From the NCBI RefSeq assembly GCF_006345805.1, contig NC_043009.1, positions 36,208,001 through 36,272,000 of the forward strand: a stretch of DNA of 64,000 nucleotides, in the 5' to 3' direction. The notes under the pieces were generated by a model. The model was not told the DNA's origin and searched no databases. It was given only the letters and a program-made list of their open reading frames with translations. The DNA is from Octopus sinensis (taxonomy: Eukaryota). Within the stretch, counting starts at the first letter, position 1; each line of letters opens with the position of its first letter. Shown one piece after another: positions 13,104-23,929 of the stretch. Both the position numbers and the translations under genes were made by a program.

Positions 13104-13689
13104 CAGTGTTTCTCAACCATTTTTTTGCCAATGGACTCCTTTGATAGTCATTTCATGTACGAGGGGGTACCCAAAAATAATTGAAAATGTTCTATGTGGG
13201 ACAAGCCCGCTGTAGTTCATTCTTCCACCGCTAGAAATCACTTGATGCGATCCTCAGACATCAGTTTGCCGACCGGCGTCGTCGAGTGAGGTCGTACTGC
13301 CACATGCTGCGTCTTTGTTTTGCAGTGTTTCTTCCCCGATCGTCGATTTTGCGATGGCTGAAACGGAGGAACAGCGTGCTTCCGTGAAATTCTGTTTTCT
13401 GCTGGGGGAAAATGGCGGCCGAAACAGTTGTCACGCTTCAAACAGCTTGCAAGGACGCTAAGTGAATAAAATAATATTACAAAATTCCAGTTTCTTTTGG
13501 ATACCCCCTCGTATATAAAAAGAAAAACCCTACCGTATTTTCATAATTAAATAGTATTAGGAATTATATTAAAAAGTTAAAATAATTTGTATATTGCAAA
13601 AATATAAGCAAGTTATTGCGCATAAATTTTAACAGCAAAATCTCATATGGACCCGCCAGGGTCATGTGGACACCGGTTAAGAACCACTG
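13104..13689. mobile_element. hAT-like MITE with 8-bp TSD, carrying a nested mariner MITE
   Basis: TIRs are CAGTGTTTCTCAACC and GGTTAAGAACCACTG. The flanks are GTATAAAG (13096-13103) and GTATAAAA (13690-13697). Confidence 0.75.
13160..13511 (+). mobile_element. Mariner deletion derivative (same family as 27513-28396)
   Basis: TA-CGAGGGGGTACCCAAAA...TTTTGGATACCCCCTCG-TA. The interior encodes MAETEEQRASVKFCFLLG and then jumps to the 3' end seen at 28345-28396. Confidence 0.88.
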
Positions 13690-14539
13690 GTATAAAACCA
13701 TGGATTGAGATAAACAGGCTACAAAAATTTTGTGGAGGAATATTGTAGAGTATACTGACCCCCTGTTTTTAGCTGGTATTGAAAAGCAAAACCGACCTCG
13801 GCCGGATTTGAACTCAGAGCATAACGCAAACGTAACAGTATTACAAAGTTATTTGTCTGTTGATAACCATTAACAATAACAAGCACACACATACGCACGA
13901 TCACACGCAGACACACACACATATTCATTCAGATGCACACACGCACATACACACGCGAACAGACACACGCTCTCACACATACATTCATAAACATACGCGC
14001 ACACCCTTTTACATATATATATACCAAAAACACACAAGAAGACGTACACATCTTCATCCTTTCTTCGGCCAAACACATACTCTACAGAAGGCACGCATGC
14101 ACATCCGTTGTATGCGTAAACGCCAGCATCCTCTTCGTTCAACCACACACCAACGCACATCCGCACACACACACTCACACTCACACACACACTCACACAT
14201 ATGCACATACACGCTCACGCGCAATACCCCCACCCCCACCTCGTTTCACCCAACACGTACACACAAATAGAAGCAAAATCTGCACGCACAAACACGGAAG
14301 CTTCATCATCACTACCATCATTGCCAATATCATTCCCCACCCCCACCCAGCAGCAGCACCACCACCATCATCTCATTCACACCACCACTCTCAGGACCAC
14401 TACCACCACCACCATTACCGCCGCCGCCGCTACCACCACCACCACCACCACCAATTCTGTTTATCTTCTCGTTTCACAGATAACGTGAATTAGAGTGCCA
14501 AACGTAAGTTAGTGACCTTTCTGTGTTGATTCATTAACC

Positions 14540-14993
14540 TCTGAGAATACAGTAGGGATGAGAGGTAGATGGGGTATGGAGATGGAAGAGAGGTGGGTGG
14601 AGGAGGAGGAGAGGAGAAAAAGACTAAGAGTGAGAGGAAAATTCTTTCACAGTATTTCATGATCCTTCGTTGAGGGTGCGTGCATATATATATATATAAA
14701 ACTTAGAAGTGGATGCGTGCGTTCTATCATATAATAACGAAATAATAAATAAGACATATGCATATATACATACATATATGTTCATACCTACATCTATATG
14801 TATATATACATGCATATATGGGTACAGGTAAAAAAAATGTCCATTTCCTTGGTTTTGTGTTTTGTTTTCGTTTCTTATTATGTTCGACGTTTTTTTTGTG
14901 TCCTGTACTCATATATGCATGTATATATACATATAGATGTAGGTACGTACATATATGTTTGTATATATGCATATGTTTTATTTATTATTTTGT

Positions 14994-15000
<7 letters not shown>
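14540..15000. mobile_element. Inverted pair of 3' ends of the 58701-60390 family
   Basis: 14722-14833 is the reverse complement of 14893-15000. ACGCACGCA(T/C)CC motifs occur on the minus strand at ~14675 and ~14715, as at 58709 and 59560. Confidence 0.65.
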
Positions 15001-15027
<27 letters not shown>

Positions 15028-16296
15028 TAGCATTATGACCCGTCTTTGCCGGTTCATAGTGCTAATGCATATATATATATGTGTATATATATGTGTACAT
15101 ATTACATGTACATCTATATATATACATCTACACATAAAATACAAAATACAAAGTTATATCTTGATATCGCTAGTGATAACAATACTCAAAATATATAACA
15201 GACTGGAATTGTAGGCCCGTCTCTTGCAATTTCGATCAATTGTATCTTGTATAGGAGTGTGGCTACAATCCAGCCTACCTCTACTTCTGGGGGGATATTT
15301 TAAATTTTTATCCGGGACGTCGTACGTCCCAGATATAAAAGTGAAAATAAAATATTTCCACTTTGCAAGGTTCGAGTCGAGTACTCCCTTGCAAGGTTCG
15401 AGTCGAGTACTCCGTTGACTCGAACCTTGCTTCTTTTGTGGCGAATTTACCGCCTCTGGTTAGATATCTTTCATAGTCGCACCAAGACACTTTTCGATGG
15501 TGGTTTCATCCAGGTGTTCAAATCTTTTTTTTCTTCTTTATATTGTATACTTTATAGACAATAGTCTTTTCTTTAATCTAATTTTTAATTTCGTTTGGTG
15601 GTGTTATCCTAGATTCACCGTCTTTGTCGGTGATCAATCCGAAATAGGTTTGTATTCCATTTTAATCTTAATGAGTTCGCGCCCGCCGACGGCTGCAGCG
15701 AAATTCATTTTTGGACTTTCTTCTATCGAAGGTATTCTAACAAAAATGCTTCCGCGTAAACGGTGAAAATATTGCCAATTTCCCCAAACAAGGACACAAT
15801 TCAATTTTTAAACAATAACCAAAGCTCCTTCTCCCAAAGGGGGAGGGTTACAGTTTACAATTATTTAACAAATGCAACACAACAACATTTCCCTGACGAG
15901 GAACCAACAAACGTGATAACATTAGTTAAACAGTTATAATAATAACAACAAATCTTATAGTGAATCAAAAAACAGTACACAGTTGAAGCTATAGTCCTTT
16001 ATGTATAATAGTCCATCTGGACTATTCCATTTCTGCACGCTAATTTTATTTTTAATTTATTCCCATTCATGTGAAACTACTTATTCAAGTTCAAATCATT
16101 GATGCAATTTTATACCAATTGCTATTTTTACTTTTGTTATATTACGATTATATTATACTTTAGTTTGATTTTAATTATTACTTACCACATATAATTCAAT
16201 TGTTATTATTATTTTTATTGTTAAAGTGAAAGCATCTGACATAAAATAGAGAAATGTTTTTGTTTCACTTTTAACACGTAATACTGAATTAGTGGA

Positions 16297-16615
16297 GAAG
16301 ATATGATATTGCTATGGGCTCACCCTAGGCAAGAAGTTGAACATTGTTTTTGCCCATGAAACTACATGGACCCTAAGTAAGGCATGTGTAAAATTTGAAT
16401 GAAATTGGTTGTGTAGTTCTCAAGTTTTAGGGAATCGTAGTGGTGAAGATATGATATTGCTGTGGGCTCGCCCTAGGCAAAAAGTTAAAAATGTTTTTGC
16501 CGATGACACACCCCTGACCCTATGTAAGGCATGTGTAAAATTTGAATGAAATTAGTTGTGTAGTTCTCAAGTTTTAGGGAAACACACACATTCTCAATTT
16601 TATATATATATATAT
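16297..16615 (-). mobile_element. Helitron/Helentron-like non-autonomous fragment with 148-bp tandem duplication
   Basis: The unit GAAGATATGATATTGCT...AAAATTTGAATGAAATT..TTGTGTAGTTCTCAAGTTTTAGGGAA starts at 16297 and 16445. The minus-strand start TATATATAAAATTGAGAATGTGTGTG resembles non-autonomous Helitron 5' ends. Confidence 0.45.
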
Positions 16616-16671
16616 ATTATACTTTAACCTCACATCACCTGGCACGCACGCACGCACAAACACACAACTTT

Positions 16672-17298
16672 TATCTTTTATTTTCTACTTGTTTCAGTCA
16701 TTAGACTGCGGTCACGCTGGGTCACCACCTTAAAGAATTTTTAGTCGTACCCAGTACTAATTTAGTTAATCCTGGTACTTATTCTATCTTTCTCTTTTCG
16801 GCTGAACGGGGACGTAAACACACCAACACCGGTTGTCAAGCGGTGGTGAGGGGACAACCAGAGACACAGACACAAACACATACACACACAAACACACACA
16901 GAAACACACACACCTATACACACAGACAGACACACACGCACACACACACATATACACATACACATGTAGTATTAATGAAAATGAATTGTGGATGGAAATT
17001 TTTAGGCTTTATTCATGTGTCGCGACATGAATAAAGTTTCAGCATCCCACATGTTCATCTTTGAGGATATTTTCACATTCATAGGATATCAGATATTATT
17101 TATGATATCTATGAATCTTGAGTATGCCTCCATTATAAGTATATGCTTCCTCGGGCATTTACCAAATCCACTCACAAAGTTTTGGTCGGCCTGTGTCAAT
17201 AGCGGAAGTCCCTTATTAAAGTTGCCATGCAGTGGGATTGAACCCAGAACCATGTAGTTGGGAAGTAAGCTTCTTACCACACAGCCACGCCTGCGCCT
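16672..17298 (-). mobile_element. SINE family A, split by a microsatellite and ~200 bp of unrelated sequence
   Basis: 3' half at 16672-16870. 5' half at 17153-17298, ending CCACGCCTGCGCCT. Confidence 0.75.
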
Positions 17299-18513
17299 AT
17301 AATAGATACACATACGTATATATACAGCATATATATTTACATGTGTATCTATCTGTCTCCCTTAATTTCTCTCTCTCTCTGTTTTTATGTATGTATTTAT
17401 GCATGCATGTATGTGTGTATGTGTGCATGTATGTATGTATGTATGTATGTTTGTATGTATGTATGTATGTATGTATGTATATATATGTATCTATGGAATC
17501 TCATATATATCAAGGCCAGTTTTTGTATTCTTATTCTAATTAGATTTCTTGTTTCCAGTTCAGTTGACATTTTTCAAATCTAATTTGACTGAAGTTGACT
17601 AAAGATTACATTAACTGACTAAAGATTACATTAATTGGCAACATCAGTCAGGACATATTGATATATATAATTAGACGGAGATATCTAAACAGAGCAGTCA
17701 GTTGGTCCCTGAACGAAATCCAAGATGGTGGGCCGTTTGTCGGAACGTCTGTCGCGTACGACCTCGAACAACGCTGCTCACATATTTCTGGATGTTCCTC
17801 TGTAATAAATATAACAAAAGAATATTTATATTTATTTAAAAAAATTATTTTATAAAACAAAACACAAATTGAAAATAAAAAATACTCAGGACCGCCATAT
17901 TGTAGCAAACTGGTAGCAACTGTGTAACGGTGCTAATCGTGTAACTTAGTGATGGTGACTTTTTATCACCCAGGGGAGATTAAGACGATACAAAGGAGAA
18001 AGGAAACATGATAGTTTCCGATCAAATTTCACACAACATTTGTTTGTGGCGAATATTTTTAAGTTAAAGGAAAGTCATCCATCTTGAAACAAAGATAAAA
18101 ACAACAAACTCAAGAAAAGAAGCGGGGCGGGAAATGAATTGAGGAGGAATAGACAAGTAATGTTGCCGTGAACATTCAGCGAAGTGTGTGAGAGATTTTA
18201 CACATCAATATGCAGAATTTGACAATATTGGGGTCATTAGATTAATCAGTGTTGTTTGTTGGTCATTTTGAAAGAAAAAAACAATAACTGCAGTAACATC
18301 CACAAAATATCGTTCAGCGAGAAACAGAAAGAAGTTGACCTTTGACACGATATCGAACTTAAGCAATGAGCGAGTGTCAAAGAGTATGGGCCATTGATAA
18401 AGTTTAAGTAATAAATCTCTGAGCTTAAATGTTCGGTTTCTCTGTAACGTATATTAAATTAATCGTTTATCAAGTCTAGTGTGTGAAATTTAATGTCGAA
18501 TTATATATATAAA

Positions 18514-18568
<55 letters not shown>

Positions 18569-18685
18569 TATATATATATTACGTTCATATATTTGTTGTG
18601 CATATCTACCACAAGATATTTTATTCCACTCTCTACCATTTTCACAAATGTACTGTTATAATCTTGTGAATAGAATGTAATCATA

Positions 18686-18847
18686 GGCGTAGAAGTGGTT
18701 GTGTGGTAAATAGCTTGCTTACGAACCACATGGTTCCGGTTCCGTCCCACTGCGTAGCACCTTGGCAAGGTCTTCTACAATAGCCTCGGGCCGACCAAAG
18801 CCTTGTGAGTGGATTTGGTAGACGGAAACTGAAAGAAGCCGTCGTAT
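18686..18847 (+). mobile_element. SINE family A 5' half, duplicated with its flank from 20170-20411
   Basis: Shares ~75 bp of upstream flank and the variants GGCGTAG, TACGAACCAC and CTACAATAGCC with the 20247 copy. Confidence 0.85.
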
Positions 18848-18911
18848 AATAAATTGGCAAAATGACATTCCGAAATATAACAATATATATATTATGTATA
18901 TATATACATAT

Positions 18912-18984
<73 letters not shown>

Positions 18985-19007
18985 ACAGGCGTATTGACAT
19001 ACATATA

Positions 19008-19192
19008 TAGGAAGAGTTACTGAAAAATCTGGCTTTAAGGGTCTCACGAAAAGCCTAGTTGGAGGCCCAACCTTTGAAAAAGTGAAGAAGCGATGCCTGC
19101 AATAAGTGTGTGAATTTGAGAGGAGAATAGAATAAAATAATGATTAACTGATCCTCCTGTACTCAAAGCCAGAAACTTTTCCACACCCTCAT
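19008..19192. mobile_element. Mariner-type MITE
   Basis: Imperfect TIRs GAAGAGTTACTGAAAAATCTGGCTTT and AAAGCCAGAAACTTTTCCACACCCTC, flanked by TA-rich sequence. Confidence 0.5.
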
Positions 19193-19291
19193 GTTATATA
19201 TATATTATATTATATATATATATATATATATATATGTAGGTCCAGGGTTGATTCGGGGTTAACCACAGTAAATAAGGTACTCAATACATCA

Positions 19292-19344
19292 GAGCTTCCT
19301 GATGATTTCTCTTGAATGAAACAGTTCTAGTCCTGTAGAAGCTC
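19292..19344 (+). ncRNA. Type I hammerhead ribozyme motif
   Basis: GAGCTTC-CTGATGA-t TTC tctt GAA t-GAAA-CAG ttctagtc CTG-TA-GAAGCTC. Stem I is 7 bp, both core boxes are intact, and the GUA triplet places cleavage after 19337. Confidence 0.8.
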
Positions 19345-19474
19345 CTTCTATATATATAATATATATTATTATATATATATATATATATATAATATATATA
19401 TATATACCGGAGTCAACATAAATGTGAAACAAGGTGGAAAAAAGAGTACTCAAATACCAGTGGAGAGTAATATG

Positions 19475-19637
19475 CTTTATTTAAGCAGCAGAAAATTCAA
19501 CAAAATCTGTACTCTGAGTTTCTCGTTGCCGTTCATCAGACAGTTTTTGCTAGAATCTGCCAAAAACTGTCTGATGAACGGCAACGAGAACTCAGAGTAG
19601 TAACAGATTTGTTGAATTTTCTGCTGCTTAAAATAAA
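19475..19637. repeat. ~75-bp-arm inverted repeat containing HHR cores on both strands
   Basis: Left arm 19475-19549 and right arm 19561-19637 are near-perfect complements around an 11-nt spacer. Confidence 0.9.
19501..19550 (-). ncRNA. Minimal hammerhead motif with palindromic stem III
   Basis: Minus strand AAAAACTG t CTGATGA a CG GCAA CG a GAAA CTCAGA GTA CAGATTTTG. One extra U precedes the core. Confidence 0.6.
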
Positions 19638-19900
19638 GTATATCTATATATATATAGAAAAAGAGAGAAAAGAGAGAGAGAGTGGTTATGAGAGGTAATA
19701 GTGTCAATAAGACCCAAAGGTGTCAGGTAATGCTGAGTAAGTGTTATGGACAGACCATAGTTAAGTTCCAGGTTCGGTGATTATGCGAATAAGGAGTCCA
19801 ACGTAGGTCATATACCAGCATGTGTATATATAAAAAAAATTTTCAGAATGAGATAAAAATCCAAGGCTGTGAAAGATTTTAGAACATTTATAAACAGAAG

Positions 19901-19948
19901 GTCTTACAGCTGTTTCCAGGATATTTTATATATCCCTTCATCGGAGAC
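19901..19948 (-). ncRNA. Minimal hammerhead motif (U4C variant)
   Basis: Minus strand GTCT-CCGATGA-ag GGATAT ataaa ATATCC tg-GAAA-CAGCTG-TA-AGAC. ACAGCTGT is a palindrome. Confidence 0.65.
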
Positions 19949-20246
19949 GGTGTGAGAAAATGGTTAAGCACGTGTGTATATGTGTGTTTATTCTGTTATT
20001 GGTCAGTTAATTCCGCTCATACTTGGACTCCATCTTGAAACGTATATATTTGACTATATCGATCATAAAACTTCGTCTGGTATTTATTTTACCGTCTTTA
20101 ATCGGAGGAAAAGTAAAATTAATGTGGCAAGGATATGAACTTGGAACAGAAAGGGATGTAACTAACTATCACAAGATATTTTATTCCACTCTCTACCGAT
20201 TTCACAAATGTACTGTTATAATTCTTGTGAATAGAATGTAATCATA

Positions 20247-20645
20247 GGCGTAGGAGTGGCTGTGTGGTAAGTAGCTTACTTACGAACCACATTGTTCCGG
20301 TTCAGTCCCACTACGTGGCACCTTGGGAAAGTGATTTCTACAATAGCCTCGGGCCGACCAAAGCCTTGTGAGTGGATTTGGTAGACGGAGCCTGAAAGAA
20401 GCCCGTCGTATATATGTATATATATATGTATGTGTATATGTTTGTGTGTCTGTGTTTGGTCCCCCCAATGTCGCTTGACATCTGATGCTGATGTGTCTAC
20501 GTCCCCGTAACTTAGCAGTTCGGCGAAAGAGACCGATAGAATAAGTACTAGGCTTACAAAGAAAAAGTCCTGGGGTCGATTTGTTTGACTAAAGGCGGTG
20601 CTCCAGCATGACCACAGTCAAATGACTGAATCAAGCAAAGAGTAT
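20247..20645 (+). mobile_element. SINE family A, full length
   Basis: GGCGTAGGAGTGGCTGTGTGGTAAG ... AAATGACTGAATCAAGCAAAGAGTA. Confidence 0.9.
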
Positions 20646-21289
20646 AGGAGACAGCAGCTGTTTTGCGATACAAATCAGAGCCATTTGAAGCTATTTATCG
20701 GAGCACAGTCAAGGAAATTGTTGGTACGAGGATTTAAGTAAAATGGAAATGACTGTACTGGGAATCGAACCTTTGTTACGGATGCAGTGTGTGGTCATAA
20801 CTTCCTAAAATAGTGCAAACAATTGTTTCTCCCAAGAGAGATGGCAAAAACTGTGTTAAAGTGTGAGATTTGTGGATCAATGAAATACTTTTTAATGAAA
20901 GATTTCGTCTCTAAACACGGCTTTATCAAACCTTACATCAGTGTGTATGTATGTATGTATATGTTAGTAGTGTGTTATGTGTGTGTATGTAGGTCTATAA
21001 GTGTATATGAGTGCATGCATCTGTGTGAATATATGTAGGCGTGTCTATGTGTATGTATTTCGTGTGGAAAATAGTATGAGTGTGTTTGATATGCATGCAT
21101 GTATGTATGTATGTATGTATGTATGTATGTATGTATGTATGTATGCATGCATGTATGTATTGTACGTGAGCATGAATGAATGTATGTGTGTTTGTGTGTG
21201 TGTTTGAAAGTCTATTATAAATGTTATAACAGCAACGTCGAATTGAACGTTTATCAAATCAAATTATCTCAATCGAAGCCCTTCAGCAC

Positions 21290-21677
21290 CAACATTACTA
21301 CTACTACTACCAACACTACCACCGTAAATACTACCACAACCACCATCACGACCACAACCACCAACACAACCCCCACCACAACCATAACCACCACCACCAC
21401 TACCATCACCATCACCATCACCACCACCACCATAACCGCCACATCCACCACTACCATCGCTATCACAAAACCAGCACACAACCTCCACCACAACCATAAC
21501 CACCCACCACCACCACCACCACCATCGCCACCACCATCACCACCACCACCACCACCACCACCATAACCGCCACATCCACCACTACCATCGCTATCACAAA
21601 ACCAGCACACAACCTCCACCACAACCACCATCACAACCCCCACCACAACCATAACCACCACCACCACCACCACCACC

Positions 21678-21708
<31 letters not shown>

Positions 21709-21790
21709 GCACCGCCACCACTAACACTTCCACTTCCACTACAATATGTACTACCATGGCACCTCATCCACCTCCGCCACAACACAGCCT
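21290..21790. repeat. (ACC/ACA/ACT)n low-complexity tract with an internal ~130-bp duplication
   Basis: CATAACCGCCACATCCACCACTACCATCGCTATCACAAAACCAGCACACAACCTCCACCACAACC occurs at ~21431 and ~21562. Confidence 0.85.
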
Positions 21791-22216
21791 CACTATTATC
21801 CCCGGCACCCGTGACCACCACTGTCGGATACATGTCTTAACATCTTTTGTATTTCAGATTAATGATGCTTTGTAATCAATAATAGTTTTAGTGCGATATT
21901 TGCGGGCGGGCGCGCATGCATTTGTGTGCATGTGTGTGTGTATGTGTATATGTGTATGTGTGTGTGTGTGTGTTTGTGTGTGAGTGTGTATGTGTGTGTG
22001 TGTGTATTTGTTTGCTTCAACTCACTTCTATCATGATGTTGGTTGTGGTCTTACAGTACACACACACATGATGTTACATAAAAAGAACTGTATTTCGTGA
22101 ATATATGTGTGCGTATGTGACCGTGTGTCTCATAGGTATATGTACTGTGTGTGTGTATGTATGTATGCATGTATGTATGTGTGTGTGTGTATATATGTGC
22201 ATACATATACGTATGT

Positions 22217-22524
22217 GGAGGCGCAATGGCCTAGTGGTTAGGGCAGCGGACTCGCGGTCGCAGGATCGCGGTTTCGATTCCCAGACCGGGCGTTGTGAGT
22301 GTTTATTGAACGAAAACACCTAAAAGCTCCACGAGGCTCCGGCAGGAGGTGGTGGTGATCCCTGCTGTACTCTTTGACCACAACTTTCTCTCACTCTTTC
22401 TTCTGTTGGCCTGCTCGCTTAGCCAGCGGGGTGGCGTCATTCGAAGGCTAAAACAATGCGAACGCATTGTGACCAGCGATGTGTAACAACATCTGATGGT
22501 CTGGTCGGTCACGTGATCACGTGA
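22217..22524 (+). mobile_element. SINE family B
   Basis: A box TGGCCTAGTGG, B box GGTTTCGATTCC, and tail (TCACGTGA)x2. Confidence 0.9.
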
Positions 22525-23033
22525 TTTACGTATGTATTTAGGTACTTGCTTATGCCCTGTCTATGTTATGTATATATATACTCTCTGTGTATATGTAATA
22601 TGTATGTATATGTAATATGTATGTGTGTATGACTATATTTAGTGTGTATATGTGCACTGTGTATGTGTTTCTCTCTCTTTCTGTGGTTGTGTGGGTGGAT
22701 GTGTTTATGCAGTGTGTTTAATATGATATAGAATTAGGAAATTTATTGCCTGTCTTTGCAAATTATTTCAAACTGAAATTCTCTTCATTGTTCTGGACAA
22801 AATCTTCGAAATCTGTTGGTGTCCTCCCTGAAAGAACTGCTTCCCTCAGGTTCTTAGAGTCCGTTTTCTTTTAGAAAAGGAGAAATAGCCTATACAATTG
22901 TTCTGTGACTGTTGTTAGTGGTGGTGGGTCGGAAGTGTGAGCGGTATTGCAGGAGGGCATTGCAACAGATGACCTACTTTTTTTTACAGTATGAAGAACT
23001 ACACAGCCAGTTAAACAACACACAACACACACG

Positions 23034-23074
<41 letters not shown>

Positions 23075-23508
23075 ACAACACTAAGCACACGCGCAGATAC
23101 ATGCACCTTCTTATCGAGTTATATCTGTGTGCTCAATGGATGTCCGATTCGGTCTGACTCATACAAAGACAGAATTAATCTCTATTTAGGGTGCCAAGAG
23201 AGAGAATACCGCAGGATCCATCCCAGTATCATCCATTTAAGATGATACAATTACTTTAATATAACATTTTTGTGAAAAAATGCATTGTGGATTTGTCCCA
23301 AATTTTACATTTTGAGGTCAACTTTGGCATTGGTCTTTCAAGATCGATAAGATAAAGTACCTGTGTAAGAAATGGTTGTCAATGGCATCGACTAAACCAC
23401 TTTATGCCTGAATCAGACACGAATGGTTAAAGGGACTGATCTTGGTCTAGGGAGCAGCCTGAAAGTAAAAGCGGGTGTTAAGTACAGTATAGGACTCATG
23501 GGTAGGAG

Positions 23509-23608
23509 NNNNNNNNNNNNNNNNNNNNNNNNNNNNNNNNNNNNNNNNNNNNNNNNNNNNNNNNNNNNNNNNNNNNNNNNNNNNNNNNNNNNNNNNNNNN
23601 NNNNNNNN
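23509..23608. other. Assembly gap (100 N)
   Basis: Run of N. Confidence 1.
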
Positions 23609-23676
23609 TCAAGGTGCCACTAGTGGAACTGAACCCAGAACCAGGTGGTTCTTACCACACAGCCACTCCTGCGCCT
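23609..23676 (-). mobile_element. SINE family A head, cut by the gap
   Basis: Ends CACACAGCCACTCCTGCGCCT. Confidence 0.8.
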
Positions 23677-23929
23677 CTATATATATATTCATATATACTT
23701 GTGTGTACATGCATGTGTTTGTGTGTACGTGTATGTGTATGTGTTTGTAGATAGATAGATAGATACATACATACATACATACATACATACATACATACAT
23801 ACATACATACATACATACATACATACATTACGCATGTACATAGGCAGTCAGATAGACAGACAAATCGTTATCATATGTGAGTGTATAACAGTAAGAGGTC
23901 TTCTATTAAATAAACACTTAAAAAAAAAC

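Noticed and set aside
15888-15920. CTGACGA-GGAACCAAC-AAACGTG as an HHR
   Set aside because: The GAAA box and stems I and II are not formed, so it is too degraded to support.
17594-17633. Short tandem duplications (20-bp here, 14-bp at ~30580, 10-bp at ~45830)
   Set aside because: These are ordinary slippage duplications with no further structure.
22217-22290. tRNA genes at SINE heads (also 9824, 32292, 41720)
   Set aside because: A and B boxes are present, but each continues into a conserved multi-copy SINE body and lacks a clean acceptor stem and terminator.
23423-23623. ORF spanning the N run
   Set aside because: It is an artefact of the 100-N gap, and adjacency of the two sides is not established.
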